Assembly: GCA_028281825.1 (NCBI GenBank)
Contig: JANQJC010000076.1
Coordinates: 1,309 to 65,308 of the forward strand
Length of the DNA: 64,000 bases
Origin: Flavobacteriales bacterium
GTDB lineage: Bacteria > Bacteroidota > Bacteroidia > JANQJC01
Reading direction: 5' to 3'
In this document: piece by piece, positions 1 to 9,166 of the stretch
Layout of the letters: the number at the start of each line of letters is the position of its first letter
How positions within the stretch are numbered: position 1 is the stretch's first letter
Program-made: the position numbers and the translations under genes
The notes under the pieces: generated by a model
The model's database searches: none
The model's input: the letters and a program-made list of their open reading frames with translations, nothing else
Told to the model about the DNA's origin: nothing

Positions 1-566
1 GAGCGCCTATGTATATTTTCTGCTATCTGATGCAATGCATCTGCTGTAAAAGACTTTCTTTTTTCTTCAAGAGAAGGAACCTTCAGCAGGTTTTCTAATT
101 CACGATATAATACCTTCGAATGAAGATGGTTGGACTTGGCTGGCGTATGTACATCTACACTGTTGCCAAACACACTTAAGCCAAAGGCGTCTCTTTGTCC
201 TCGTAAAAGGTGAATTAGCGCTGCTGCTGCATATACTGAGAAAGTCATCTTACTATGAATATCCTTGCCTTTTTCTTCATAGGGAAAGTACATTGAGGAA
301 GAATTGTCTAATACCAATTGGCAACGCAAGTTGGTTTCTTCCTCATAGCGTTTTACAAACAACTTTTCCGTTCTGGCATATAACTTCCAATCAATATGCC
401 TGGTTGACTCACCAGTATTGTATAGCCTGTGCTCAGCAAATTCAACTGAAAACCCATGAAAGGGGCTCTTATGAAGGCCAGTAATGAATCCTTCTACTAC
501 TTCGCGAGCGAGTAGTTCAAGTTTGCTGAATTCCTGAAATGCATGTAGGTTATCTGCTAAGTTCAT
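1..566 (-). CDS. DUF58 domain-containing protein (MoxR-associated, vWA-like), 3' end runs off the window
   Basis: Not in the ORF track. Manual translation from ATG at 566 gives MNLADNLHAFQEFSKLELLAREVVEGFITGLHKSPFHGFSVEFAEHRLYNTGESTRHIDWKLYARTEKLFVKRYEEETN, the typical DUF58 signature (GxHxS..G.SVEFAEHR.Y..G...R.IDWK). Confidence 0.9.
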   Translation of the reverse strand, partial: MNLADNLHAFQEFSKLELLAREVVEGFITGLHKSPFHGFSVEFAEHRLYNTGESTRHIDWKLYARTEKLFVKRYEEETNLRCQLVLDNSSSMYFPYEEKGKDIHSKMTFSVYAAAALIHLLRGQRDAFGLSVFGNSVDVHTPAKSNHLHSKVLYRELENLLKVPSLEEKRKSFTADALHQIAENIHRR

Positions 567-602
567 TCACCTTCAATATTACTAATAAAAAGAAGTTGGG
601 AG

Positions 603-646
603 AAAAAAACAAATCGCTACCCATAATACTTTACGGATAACGATTT
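603..646 (-). terminator. Probable intrinsic terminator downstream of trxA
   Basis: On the minus strand AAATCGTTATCCGT-loop-ATGGGTAGCGATTT (with G-U pairs) is followed by GTTTTTTT. Confidence 0.6.
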
Positions 647-668
647 ATTTGTGAATTAATTGCAGCGA

Positions 669-986
669 TTAAAGCTGAGCAGTCAATTTGCCTTCCAAAA
701 CTGATTTTGGAGCCGCTCCAACTTGTTTGTCTACAACTTCACCATTCTTGAATACTAAAAGGGTAGGTATATTTCTCACACCAAACTTCATGGTTATCTC
801 AGGATTGCTGTCTACGTCAAGTTTGCCAATAACAGCCTTGCCTTCATATTCACCTGCTAGTTCTTCAACTATCGGCCCTACCATACGACAAGGACCGCAC
901 CATTCTGCCCAAAAGTCAACTAATACTGGTTTATCGGATTGTAGGACTGTCTCTTCAAAGTTTGCGTCTGTTAGTTCAACTGCCAT
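669..986 (-). CDS. trxA: Thioredoxin
   Basis: WCGPC active site, 105 aa. Confidence 0.98.
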   Translation of the reverse strand: MAVELTDANFEETVLQSDKPVLVDFWAEWCGPCRMVGPIVEELAGEYEGKAVIGKLDVDSNPEITMKFGVRNIPTLLVFKNGEVVDKQVGAAPKSVLEGKLTAQL

Positions 987-1020
987 TGCTGTAATATGTA
1001 TTGATTAATAAAATGATTTA

Positions 1021-1028
1021 CAAAATTA
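1021..1028 (-). promoter_or_regulatory. Bacteroidetes housekeeping -7 promoter element for trxA
   Basis: TAATTTTG on the minus strand about 35 nt upstream of the ATG; matches TAnnTTTG. Confidence 0.6.
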
Positions 1029-1065
1029 ACAATAAAGACTTTCTATTTTGTCTCAAATACGATGT

Positions 1066-4000
1066 CTAATTCAACTTGTAATTTAATTCAGGAACTCCCT
1101 CCAAAAAGTCTAAAAATTCATTGCTCAATTGTACTTTAAATTTCTTAGAAGGCATTCTTATCTTGAGCGTAACATCTTCAGGGTCAAAAATGTTCAAACT
1201 TAGTGTGCAATTTCCAGGGTTCTTGTTTACTCTGTCGGTAAAACCATCTACAAAATCAGGTGATATTTGATTGACTGGTAGAGAAAGTGTAATGCTTTTT
1301 GCCATTTTGTCTCTTATCTCAGAAAGTAGTTGGATATTCATCACTTTGAATTCCAGGTCAACCCCATTAAATCGAGTTTGAACTTTGCCAGTTACATAGA
1401 GAAAAAAGCCTTCTATTAATAAGTGTTTAAATTTTAGGTAATCTTCACCGAAAAGCGCAATTTGGGCAGAATCATTAAATCCCTCAAGCTGCAATAAACC
1501 AAAAGGCTTACCCGTTTTAGTGGTGCGGTGCTGAATTCCAGTTACCATACCTGCAACGGTCAATACCCTGGCTTTAAACTCTTCTATTTGATTAAGGTTA
1601 GCTACCCGATGGGAACAGAAATTAGTGACTTCTAACTTGTAATCGTTTAGTGGGTGTCCAGAAATATACATTCCTGTAACTTCTTTCTCCTTGTTCAATT
1701 GTACTATTTCTGACCAAGGCTCACAATCCATTATCTCAGGTTCGGGTATCTCAATATCATCAGCTTCACCGAAAAGAGAATGCTGCGTAGATGTGGCTGA
1801 TTCTTGAACTTTAGCACCAAATTTGAGGGCTTTCTCTAATAAATTTTGAGTTTCATTTGGTGCTTCAAAGAAGTATTGTGCTCTATGCACACCTTCGAAA
1901 GAATCGAAAGCGCCAGCAAGAGCAAGGCTTTCAAAGCACTTTTTATTGGCGGCTCTCAGATTGATACGGCTTGTCATATCAAAAATGCTGGTGTAGGGAC
2001 CGTTTTCCTGTCTTTCTTCAATTATGGCTTGCACAGCTCCTTCGCCAACACCCTTCACAGCCCCAAGTCCAAAACGTATTTGTCCATCCTTGTTTACTGC
2101 GAATTTATATTGACTTTCATTAACATCAGGTCCCAAAACCTTAGTGCCCATGCGGCGACACTCTTCCATGAAGAAGCCCACTTTTTTAATGTCATTTAGG
2201 TTACGGCTCAAAACTGCAGCCATAAATTCAGCTGGATAGTGTGCCTTGAGGTAAGCCATTCGATAGCTTACATAAGCATAGCAAGTAGAATGAGACTTAT
2301 TGAAGGCATAAGAAGCAAATGCTTCCCAGTCTTTCCAAATCTTTTCCAGTGTTTCTTTAGGGTGCCCATTGTTCACCCCGCCTTCCATGAACTTGGGCTT
2401 CAAGTCCTCAAGCATGGCAAATATCTTTTTGCCCATTGCTTTACGCAATGAGTCGGCTTGGCCTTTGGTAAAGCTCGCCAGCTTCTGAGAGAGAAGCATT
2501 ACTTGCTCTTGGTAAACTGTAATTCCGTAGGTCTCCTGAAGGTACTCTTCACAGTCAGCCAAATCATACTCCACTTTTTCTTGCCCATGTTTACGGGCAA
2601 TAAAAGAAGGAATATATTCCATAGGGCCTGGACGATAAAGGGCATTCATGGCTATCAGGTCTTCAAAGCGATTGGGCTTCAATGCTTTGAGGTGTTTTTT
2701 CATCCCATCACTCTCAAACTGGAATACACCATTTGTCTCACCATTAGCATATAGTTCATAAGTTTTAGAGTCATCATAAGGTATGTTATCAATATCAAAA
2801 TCAACTCCACTGGCTTGCTTGATATTGTCTAGTGTATCATTAATGATAGCTAAGGTTTTCAAACCAAGAAAGTCCATCTTCAGCATACCAGCGTCTTCCA
2901 CCTCACCGCCATCAAATTGGGTAACAGGTATGGCTGAATCACGAGCAGAACTGATTGGAATGTGTTCCGTTAATGGGTCTCGGCCTATAATTACACCACA
3001 AGCATGCGTGCCAGTATTACGAATAGACCCTTCCAGTATTTCAGCCGTTTCTAGCGTTTCTTTCACTAGTTTATTGGGCGATTTCTTCTCGTTCTCTAGC
3101 TCAGGGACTTCTTTGTAAGCTTTTTTAAAGCTGGTTCCAGGCCTTTCAGGAATAAGTTTCGCAAGACGGTTGGCTTCACCCAAGTCAAGATCTTTTACAC
3201 GGGCTACGTCGCGAATGGCCATCTTTGGTGCCATGGAACCAAATGTGATGATTTGCGCCACTTTATCAGCGCCGTATTTGTCAACTACCCAGGCCATCAC
3301 TTTTTCGCGACCATCTTCATCGAAGTCAATGTCAATATCAGGAAGCGATATTCTGTCTGGGTTCAAGAAACGCTCAAACAGCAAATCAAAAGCTATGGGG
3401 TCTACATCTGTTATCTTTAAGCAATAAGCTACAACGCTTCCTGCCGCTGACCCACGACCAGGACCTACACGCACTCCCATATCCCTAGCCTGGTTCAGAA
3501 AGTCCTGCACTATCAAGAAGTAGCCAGGGTATCCCATTTTTTTTATGGTGGCCAACTCAAAGTCTATTCTTTCTCTTGTGGTGTCATCCATTTCAGGATA
3601 TCGCTTTTTAGCTCCTTCGTAGGTGATGTGCCTCAAGTAATCATCAGCATCCTCAAATCCTTCTGGTAAAGGAAAGTTGGGCATGATGGGGTCTTGGGTG
3701 AGTTTGTAGGCTTCCACCTTCTCAACTATCTCTTTGGTGGTTTCAATCGCCTCAGGTAAGTCATGAAAAAGTTTTTTCATCTCATCCTGACTCTTGAAAT
3801 AGAATTCCTGATTAGGGAATCCAAAACGGAAACCACGCCCACGCCCAATCGGTGTCTTTTGCAATTCACCATCTTTTACGCAAAGAAGAATATCGTGGGC
3901 ATCAGCATCGCTTTTGTCTATGTAGTAAGTATTATTAGCAGCAAAGTATTTTACATTATACTTCTTTGCAAACCCCAGTAGTACTTCATTTACCCTTTCT

Positions 4001-5286
4001 TCTTCAGGCAAGCCGTGTCGCATTAATTGAATATAAAAGTCCTCACCAAATTGGTCCAACCACCATTGGAAGACGTCTTCAGCCTGAGTTTCACCATAGT
4101 TGAGTATCAAGTTTGGTATCTCGCTATATAGCCCACCAGTAGTAGCAATTAAATGCTCCTTGTACTGAACAAGTGCTTCTTTGTCTATCCTTGGGTAACC
4201 AGCATAAGAGCCCTCTAAGTGCCCTATGGAACATAGCTTGATAAGATTTTTATAACCTGTTTTGTTCTTAGCCAGGAGAACCAGGTTATTTCTTCTGTCT
4301 GGGTTGTCTTTGGTAAACTTCTGCTTGGTGCGATCTTCCGTTACATAAAACTCACAACCAACAATGGGCTTGATATCAGCTTTTGTCGCTTCCTTCACAA
4401 ATGAGAATGCTCCAAACATATTACCATGGTCCGTAAGTGCAACCGCCGGCATACTATACTCCTTGGCTTTGTTAACCAACACAGATATCTTGGAAGTGCT
4501 TTGTAAAACTGAAAACTGTGAGTGGCAGTGCAAGTGTGTAAATGGAGTGTCAATGTCTACCTTACCAGCTTCCTTTACTATTTCCTGAACAGTTTGGGTT
4601 TCCTCTTTTACCTCTGTGGTTTCTTCATGATATACCTCAAGGTTCAACCACTCTTTGCGGTAGTTTTTAATGAAGAACCAATTCTCATCTGTTAAATTGG
4701 CCTTCTCTTGGGGGATAACCTTTAGAAGCAAAAGCTCAAAGAAACAGCGAGCGGTGGCTTCTACATCGGCAGCAGCATTGTGGGCGCCATCAAAAGCTTC
4801 ACCAAATAGTTTCTTATGAAGTTCGGAAAGAGTAGGAAACTTGAAACTGCCACCACGCCCGCCAGGTATCGCACAATAGTTTACAGACTCGTTCATAGTG
4901 TCAAGCACCTCCAACTCGGCTATGTTGTTCTCAATATCATTTCTGTAGAACTCACAGCCCAATACATTGATATCGAAGGTGACATTCTGCCCTACAATAA
5001 ACTCAGCCTGACTAAGGCTTTCTAAGAACTCATCCAATACAAGTCTCAAATCCTTACCTTCATCCAATGCACGTTGGGTAGAGATGCCGTGTATTTTTTC
5101 TGAGTTGTATGGAATTGTAAAACCATCTGGCTTTATAATATGGTTTGCTGCCTTTACCAGCTTGCCGTTCTTGTCATGCAATTGCCACGCTAGTTGAACC
5201 ATTCGAGGCCAATTCTCGGTGTCACTAACAGGAGCTTTGAAGTCCTTAGGTAGTCCGGTTGTCTCGGTATCAAAAATCAAAAACAT
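1066..5286 (-). CDS. dnaE: DNA polymerase III alpha subunit with N-terminal DEDDh 3'-5' exonuclease domain
   Basis: N-terminal FDTETTG...FD...HNAAADV, then a PHP domain (HLHCH), GPGRGSAAGS, PDIDIDF catalytic motif, YAFNKSH and an OB fold. Confidence 0.97.
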   Translation of the reverse strand: MFLIFDTETTGLPKDFKAPVSDTENWPRMVQLAWQLHDKNGKLVKAANHIIKPDGFTIPYNSEKIHGISTQRALDEGKDLRLVLDEFLESLSQAEFIVGQNVTFDINVLGCEFYRNDIENNIAELEVLDTMNESVNYCAIPGGRGGSFKFPTLSELHKKLFGEAFDGAHNAAADVEATARCFFELLLLKVIPQEKANLTDENWFFIKNYRKEWLNLEVYHEETTEVKEETQTVQEIVKEAGKVDIDTPFTHLHCHSQFSVLQSTSKISVLVNKAKEYSMPAVALTDHGNMFGAFSFVKEATKADIKPIVGCEFYVTEDRTKQKFTKDNPDRRNNLVLLAKNKTGYKNLIKLCSIGHLEGSYAGYPRIDKEALVQYKEHLIATTGGLYSEIPNLILNYGETQAEDVFQWWLDQFGEDFYIQLMRHGLPEEERVNEVLLGFAKKYNVKYFAANNTYYIDKSDADAHDILLCVKDGELQKTPIGRGRGFRFGFPNQEFYFKSQDEMKKLFHDLPEAIETTKEIVEKVEAYKLTQDPIMPNFPLPEGFEDADDYLRHITYEGAKKRYPEMDDTTRERIDFELATIKKMGYPGYFLIVQDFLNQARDMGVRVGPGRGSAAGSVVAYCLKITDVDPIAFDLLFERFLNPDRISLPDIDIDFDEDGREKVMAWVVDKYGADKVAQIITFGSMAPKMAIRDVARVKDLDLGEANRLAKLIPERPGTSFKKAYKEVPELENEKKSPNKLVKETLETAEILEGSIRNTGTHACGVIIGRDPLTEHIPISSARDSAIPVTQFDGGEVEDAGMLKMDFLGLKTLAIINDTLDNIKQASGVDFDIDNIPYDDSKTYELYANGETNGVFQFESDGMKKHLKALKPNRFEDLIAMNALYRPGPMEYIPSFIARKHGQEKVEYDLADCEEYLQETYGITVYQEQVMLLSQKLASFTKGQADSLRKAMGKKIFAMLEDLKPKFMEGGVNNGHPKETLEKIWKDWEAFASYAFNKSHSTCYAYVSYRMAYLKAHYPAEFMAAVLSRNLNDIKKVGFFMEECRRMGTKVLGPDVNESQYKFAVNKDGQIRFGLGAVKGVGEGAVQAIIEERQENGPYTSIFDMTSRINLRAANKKCFESLALAGAFDSFEGVHRAQYFFEAPNETQNLLEKALKFGAKVQESATSTQHSLFGEADDIEIPEPEIMDCEPWSEIVQLNKEKEVTGMYISGHPLNDYKLEVTNFCSHRVANLNQIEEFKARVLTVAGMVTGIQHRTTKTGKPFGLLQLEGFNDSAQIALFGEDYLKFKHLLIEGFFLYVTGKVQTRFNGVDLEFKVMNIQLLSEIRDKMAKSITLSLPVNQISPDFVDGFTDRVNKNPGNCTLSLNIFDPEDVTLKIRMPSKKFKVQLSNEFLDFLEGVPELNYKLN

Positions 5287-5319
5287 GGCAAAAGCTAGCT
5301 TGGTGAGAATATTGACTTA

Positions 5320-5327
5320 CAAAGGTA
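5320..5327 (-). promoter_or_regulatory. -7 promoter element for dnaE
   Basis: TACCTTTG on the minus strand about 34 nt upstream of the ATG. Confidence 0.6.
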
Positions 5328-5617
5328 GGAAAATAGGAGGGGTGTTTACCCCATGTTGAAAACTTTGGAAAAGTGTAGCGTGGTCAAGACTTACCTTTAC
5401 TTTTCACCATGTCTGCTGTGAAGATCAACAATACAACATTAAATATAATCAGCGCGAGAATCATAAGTATCCATTTATATTTACAACCCTGTTTAATACC
5501 AAATATTGCACTTGCTGTGAAAAATGGCAATAATTTGCTGTTAAGTATTTTATTTTAATAATAAATATTGCATCTTTGCACCCCCAAATTTTAGGGACAG
5601 AATAAAATTAATAGAAG

Positions 5618-6496
5618 ATGCCTGCAAAAATCAGATTACAAAGACATGGAAAGAAAGGCTATGCCTATTTCCATATTGTAGTTGCGGACACACGTGCACC
5701 ACGAGATGGTAAGTATATTGAAAGAATAGGCACTTACAATCCGAACACCAATCCAGCGACTATTGACATTAATGTTGATAAAGCCGTTACATGGCTTCAC
5801 AACGGAGCACAACCTACAGATACTTGTCGTGCTATTTTGTCATATAAAGGAGTATTGTACAAAAAGCATCTTTTGGGCGGTGTAGCCAAAGGCGCTTTTG
5901 ATGAAGCGGAAGCTGAAAAGAGATTTGCCAAGTGGATTGAGGAGAAAGAAGGTAAAGTACAAGCTAAAATAGACAGATTAGCTAATGAAAGCGCTGCTGA
6001 AAAGGCTGAAAGGCTGAAAGCAGAGGCTGCTAAAGCAGAGGAAATTGCTGCTAAAGTTGCTGCTAAGGCATCTGCCTTAGCGGGTGAAGTTGCAACCGAA
6101 GAAGAAGTAGCTACAGAAGAAGCAGAGGCAGCTGCTGTTGAAGCAGCAGAGGGTGAGGAAGTGCCAGTTGCAGAGGCTCCTGCAACTGAAGAAGTACCTG
6201 CTGCTGAAGCTGCCCCTGAGGCTGAGGCACCAGCAGTAGAGGAACCTGCTAAAGAGGAAGCGGCTGAGGAGGCTAAAGAAGAGAAGACGGAAGAACCTGC
6301 CGGGGAAGAGGCACCAGCAGAAGTTGCGGCAGAAGCAGAGGCTCCGGTGGAGGAAACCCCTGCAAAAGAAGAAGAAACTCCCATTGAAGAAGCCAAAGAA
6401 GAGGAGCCCGTAGCTGAAGCTGCGGCAGAGGAGGCGCCAGCTGCTGAAGAGAAAGTAGAAGAGGCTACTGAGGAAGAGAAAAAAGAAGATAAATAA
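5618..6496 (+). CDS. rpsP: 30S ribosomal protein S16 with very long acidic Glu/Ala/Pro-rich C-terminal tail
   Basis: [36 protein letters not shown] core; followed by rimM. Confidence 0.97.
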   Translation: MPAKIRLQRHGKKGYAYFHIVVADTRAPRDGKYIERIGTYNPNTNPATIDINVDKAVTWLHNGAQPTDTCRAILSYKGVLYKKHLLGGVAKGAFDEAEAEKRFAKWIEEKEGKVQAKIDRLANESAAEKAERLKAEAAKAEEIAAKVAAKASALAGEVATEEEVATEEAEAAAVEAAEGEEVPVAEAPATEEVPAAEAAPEAEAPAVEEPAKEEAAEEAKEEKTEEPAGEEAPAEVAAEAEAPVEETPAKEEETPIEEAKEEEPVAEAAAEEAPAAEEKVEEATEEEKKEDK

Positions 6497-6508
6497 TCCT
6501 TAAGAAAT

Positions 6509-7045
6509 ATGAACAAGGAAGACACCCTTCTCCTTGGACACATTTCTAAAGTACATGGTAAAGACGGGGCGGTTGTTATTCACATCCGCCCCGGACTAAT
6601 TGATACCATTGAGAAACAAAAAGCCATTTTTGTTGGTGTCAATGAATACGTAGTCCCTTATTTTATTAAATGGTTTCAGGAGTTTTCATCCAACGAGGCT
6701 AAGGTGAAGTTTGAAGACATTGACAGCCCTGAAGAGGCAGCATGGTTCACTAATCGAGAGGTCTACATTCCAAAAGAGAAAAAGGCAGGAAAAGGCAAAA
6801 AGGACTTTTCCACCAGTGAGATAGTAGGGTTTGAAGTGATTGATGAAGTTTATGGAAGTATTGGAACTGTGGCTGAAATAATGGAATTGCCACAGCAAGA
6901 GGTGCTGAAGGTAGCAAATACAACGGGAAAGGAAATCCTTATTCCACTTGTTGAGGAGTTGTTGTTAAGTTTTAATACCAAAGAAAAAGTGATAGAAATA
7001 ACTGCTCCCGAAGGCTTGATAGAATTGTATCTGGGGGAAAAGTAA
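6509..7045 (+). CDS. rimM: 16S rRNA processing protein RimM
   Basis: GHISKVHGKDG N-terminal motif, EILIPLV...PEGLIELY PRC barrel, adjacent to rpsP. Confidence 0.93.
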   Translation: MNKEDTLLLGHISKVHGKDGAVVIHIRPGLIDTIEKQKAIFVGVNEYVVPYFIKWFQEFSSNEAKVKFEDIDSPEEAAWFTNREVYIPKEKKAGKGKKDFSTSEIVGFEVIDEVYGSIGTVAEIMELPQQEVLKVANTTGKEILIPLVEELLLSFNTKEKVIEITAPEGLIELYLGEK

Positions 7046-7059
7046 CCTGCCTTTGTCCC

Positions 7060-7776
7060 ATGCCTAACCCTTACTTTCAATTTAAACAGTTTACCGTTTA
7101 TCATGACAAATGTGCCATGAAAGTGGGCACTGATGGTGTTCTGCTAGGTGCATGGGCAGATGTTGAAGGTGTAACACATGCACTGGATATTGGAACTGGT
7201 TCAGGATTGGTAGCATTGATGATTGCACAAAGAAGCAATGCATCGGTCACTGGTATTGATATTGATAAGGGGGCTTATACTCAAAGCAAGGAGAATTTTG
7301 AAAGAAGTGAGTGGACTAATAGGCTTCAGGTTTATCATAAATCATTACAGGAATTTGCAAATAATTATGTTGGGGAAAAGTTTGACTTGATAGTCAGCAA
7401 CCCGCCATATTTTCAGAACTCCTACAAGCCACCTAGAAAAGATAGGTCCCTGGCAAGGCATTCAGACCAATTGACCTTAAAAGAGCTAATTGAAAATGCA
7501 GACAGGTTACTTTCAGAAGAAGGAAAACTTTCTTTAGTATTACCTTTTGAAACAAGAGATAATTTATGGGTTATTGCAAAAGAGCGTGGTTTGGTGGTAA
7601 CTAAGTTTACAGCAGTTTATCCTAAACCCGGAAAACCCGCAAAAAGATGCTTGTTTCAGTTGGAGCGCCATGTTGATGCAAGAAAGGAAGATGAGTTGTG
7701 GATAGAAGAAGGTGATAGACACGAATATTCAGAGGGCTTCAAGAGGTTACTGAAAGGCTTTTATCTTGCTTTTTAA
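7060..7776 (+). CDS. trmN6: tRNA1(Val) adenine-37 N6-methyltransferase (TrmN6/YfiC family)
   Basis: FQFKQF..HDKCAMKVGTDGVLLGAW, LDIGTGSG SAM motif, SNPPYF. Confidence 0.9.
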   Translation: MPNPYFQFKQFTVYHDKCAMKVGTDGVLLGAWADVEGVTHALDIGTGSGLVALMIAQRSNASVTGIDIDKGAYTQSKENFERSEWTNRLQVYHKSLQEFANNYVGEKFDLIVSNPPYFQNSYKPPRKDRSLARHSDQLTLKELIENADRLLSEEGKLSLVLPFETRDNLWVIAKERGLVVTKFTAVYPKPGKPAKRCLFQLERHVDARKEDELWIEEGDRHEYSEGFKRLLKGFYLAF

Positions 7777-7778
7777 GT

Positions 7779-8309
7779 CTACTTGAAAAAGCTAAAACCG
7801 ACATTTCCGTAGCTCCTGAAGTCTACCAACCTGGGATGATTATTGTAATCCTTCTTAGAGGAGTGTTCGAATATAAGCAGTCCGCCTTCACTAAGCAGTT
7901 CGTTTTCAAATATAATATCGGGTAGTAACTCAGCCTTTGGCATATCATAGGGTGGGTCCGCAAAAATAAAATCGTATCTATCTGCTCTATTCTCGATGAA
8001 GCTAAAAACCTCTGATTTTATGGCTCCAACTGAATCTATTTCTAAAGTTTTAGCTGTTTCAGTTATGTATTTCACACATCTAAAGTTTACATCGACAGAG
8101 GTTATACTTGGGCATCCGCGCGATGCCAATTCATAAGTGATGTTGCCTGTGCCAGCAAAAAGGTCTAATGCTTTTATTTCCCCAAAGTCAATAAGATTAT
8201 TGAGTATGTTGAATAGTCCCTCTTTCGCAAAATCTGTTGTTGGCCTGACAGGAAGGCTAGATGGAGGAGATAATCGTCTACCTTTATATTTACCGCTGAT
8301 TATACGCAA
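7779..8309 (-). CDS. rsmD: 16S rRNA m2G966 methyltransferase RsmD family
   Basis: MRIISGKYKGRRL..RPTTDFAKEGLFN, LDLFAGTG, FADPPY. TTG start overlaps the DUF3822 stop. Confidence 0.93.
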   Translation of the reverse strand: MRIISGKYKGRRLSPPSSLPVRPTTDFAKEGLFNILNNLIDFGEIKALDLFAGTGNITYELASRGCPSITSVDVNFRCVKYITETAKTLEIDSVGAIKSEVFSFIENRADRYDFIFADPPYDMPKAELLPDIIFENELLSEGGLLIFEHSSKKDYNNHPRLVDFRSYGNVGFSFFK

Positions 8310-9151
8310 AGATACTGGCTAAATAGGTTGAAGAAAAAGTGGTCTTGAAGCTCGCTTAGCTGATAACCGTACTTGAATTTACTAATTCTCTTTCCAAATT
8401 TGATTTCGCCAATGTATTTATTAGTGGCTTCTATCAATGGAGAATTTTTTTCAACCCTTCCTAGAATTGTAATACTGGTTTGAGTTGTATCTAATTTTAA
8501 TTGTTCGTATGTGTTCAACAAGAAATAAAGATAGTCTTCCTTGGTTTTAAACTTATAGGTATTGAATAAGAAAACACTCTTGTTTTTTGACACGATTACA
8601 TCAAAAAAATGGTCATGAATATTGACTATAACTGTAGTTTCTTGAGTCAGTAAGCTTTCTTGTTGCAAGGCATTCAGCAGTGTGCCTGAGTGATGGAGAA
8701 CTTTTGCGGAAGGAAAGTGTTTTTTAAGGATGGAGTTTTGTGTGGCTGCAATACCATAGACACACTGAAGCTCCATATTTTGGACTTTGTATGATGAGAT
8801 GTCTAAATCACTCTCCGCATTACTTATGTTAAAATAAGTGTCTCTATCTTCTTCCTGATAAACAGCAGCAGGCACTAGAGTTGAATGAGTATTAGCATAA
8901 CCTATTGATTGCGAAAAATAATTCAGCTTTAACCACGGATGTTCACTTAATAGCTCAGTTAATAGCTTTTGTGAATCACCAGCCTTTTTGGGTAAATCAT
9001 ACGACTCTAATGCAACGTATTGCTTTTCCTCTAGATCAAGTTTTGTCCATGAAAACGAAGAACGTGATATCTCAATAGAAAGATGCGATGAATTTGTCTC
9101 GCTTTTGAAATGATTTTCGTCTAGGAAACTAAATGCCGGTTTGATAACCAG
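8300..9151 (-). CDS. DUF3822 family protein; true start is upstream of the track's GTG at 8875, probably CTG at 9151
   Basis: The frame is open from 8300 to 9166 with no in-frame ATG/GTG/TTG upstream of 8875. The extension encodes LSIEISRSSFSW and STLVP, and the C-terminus FNTYKFKTKEDYLYFLL is typical of DUF3822. Synteny with rsmD. Confidence 0.75.
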   Translation of the reverse strand: MVIKPAFSFLDENHFKSETNSSHLSIEISRSSFSWTKLDLEEKQYVALESYDLPKKAGDSQKLLTELLSEHPWLKLNYFSQSIGYANTHSTLVPAAVYQEEDRDTYFNISNAESDLDISSYKVQNMELQCVYGIAATQNSILKKHFPSAKVLHHSGTLLNALQQESLLTQETTVIVNIHDHFFDVIVSKNKSVFLFNTYKFKTKEDYLYFLLNTYEQLKLDTTQTSITILGRVEKNSPLIEATNKYIGEIKFGKRISKFKYGYQLSELQDHFFFNLFSQYLCV

Positions 9152-9166
9152 AAAGTTTATAAGGTT

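Noticed and set aside
1066-5286. Possible intein in the long dnaE
   Set aside because: The extra length is accounted for by the N-terminal exonuclease; no intein splice motifs or LAGLIDADG blocks seen.
5797-6543. 248-aa Ser/Ala-rich antisense ORF, and the similar one at 38788-39198
   Set aside because: Shadow frames of the GAA/GCT-rich low-complexity tails of rpsP and rplQ; no independent signals.
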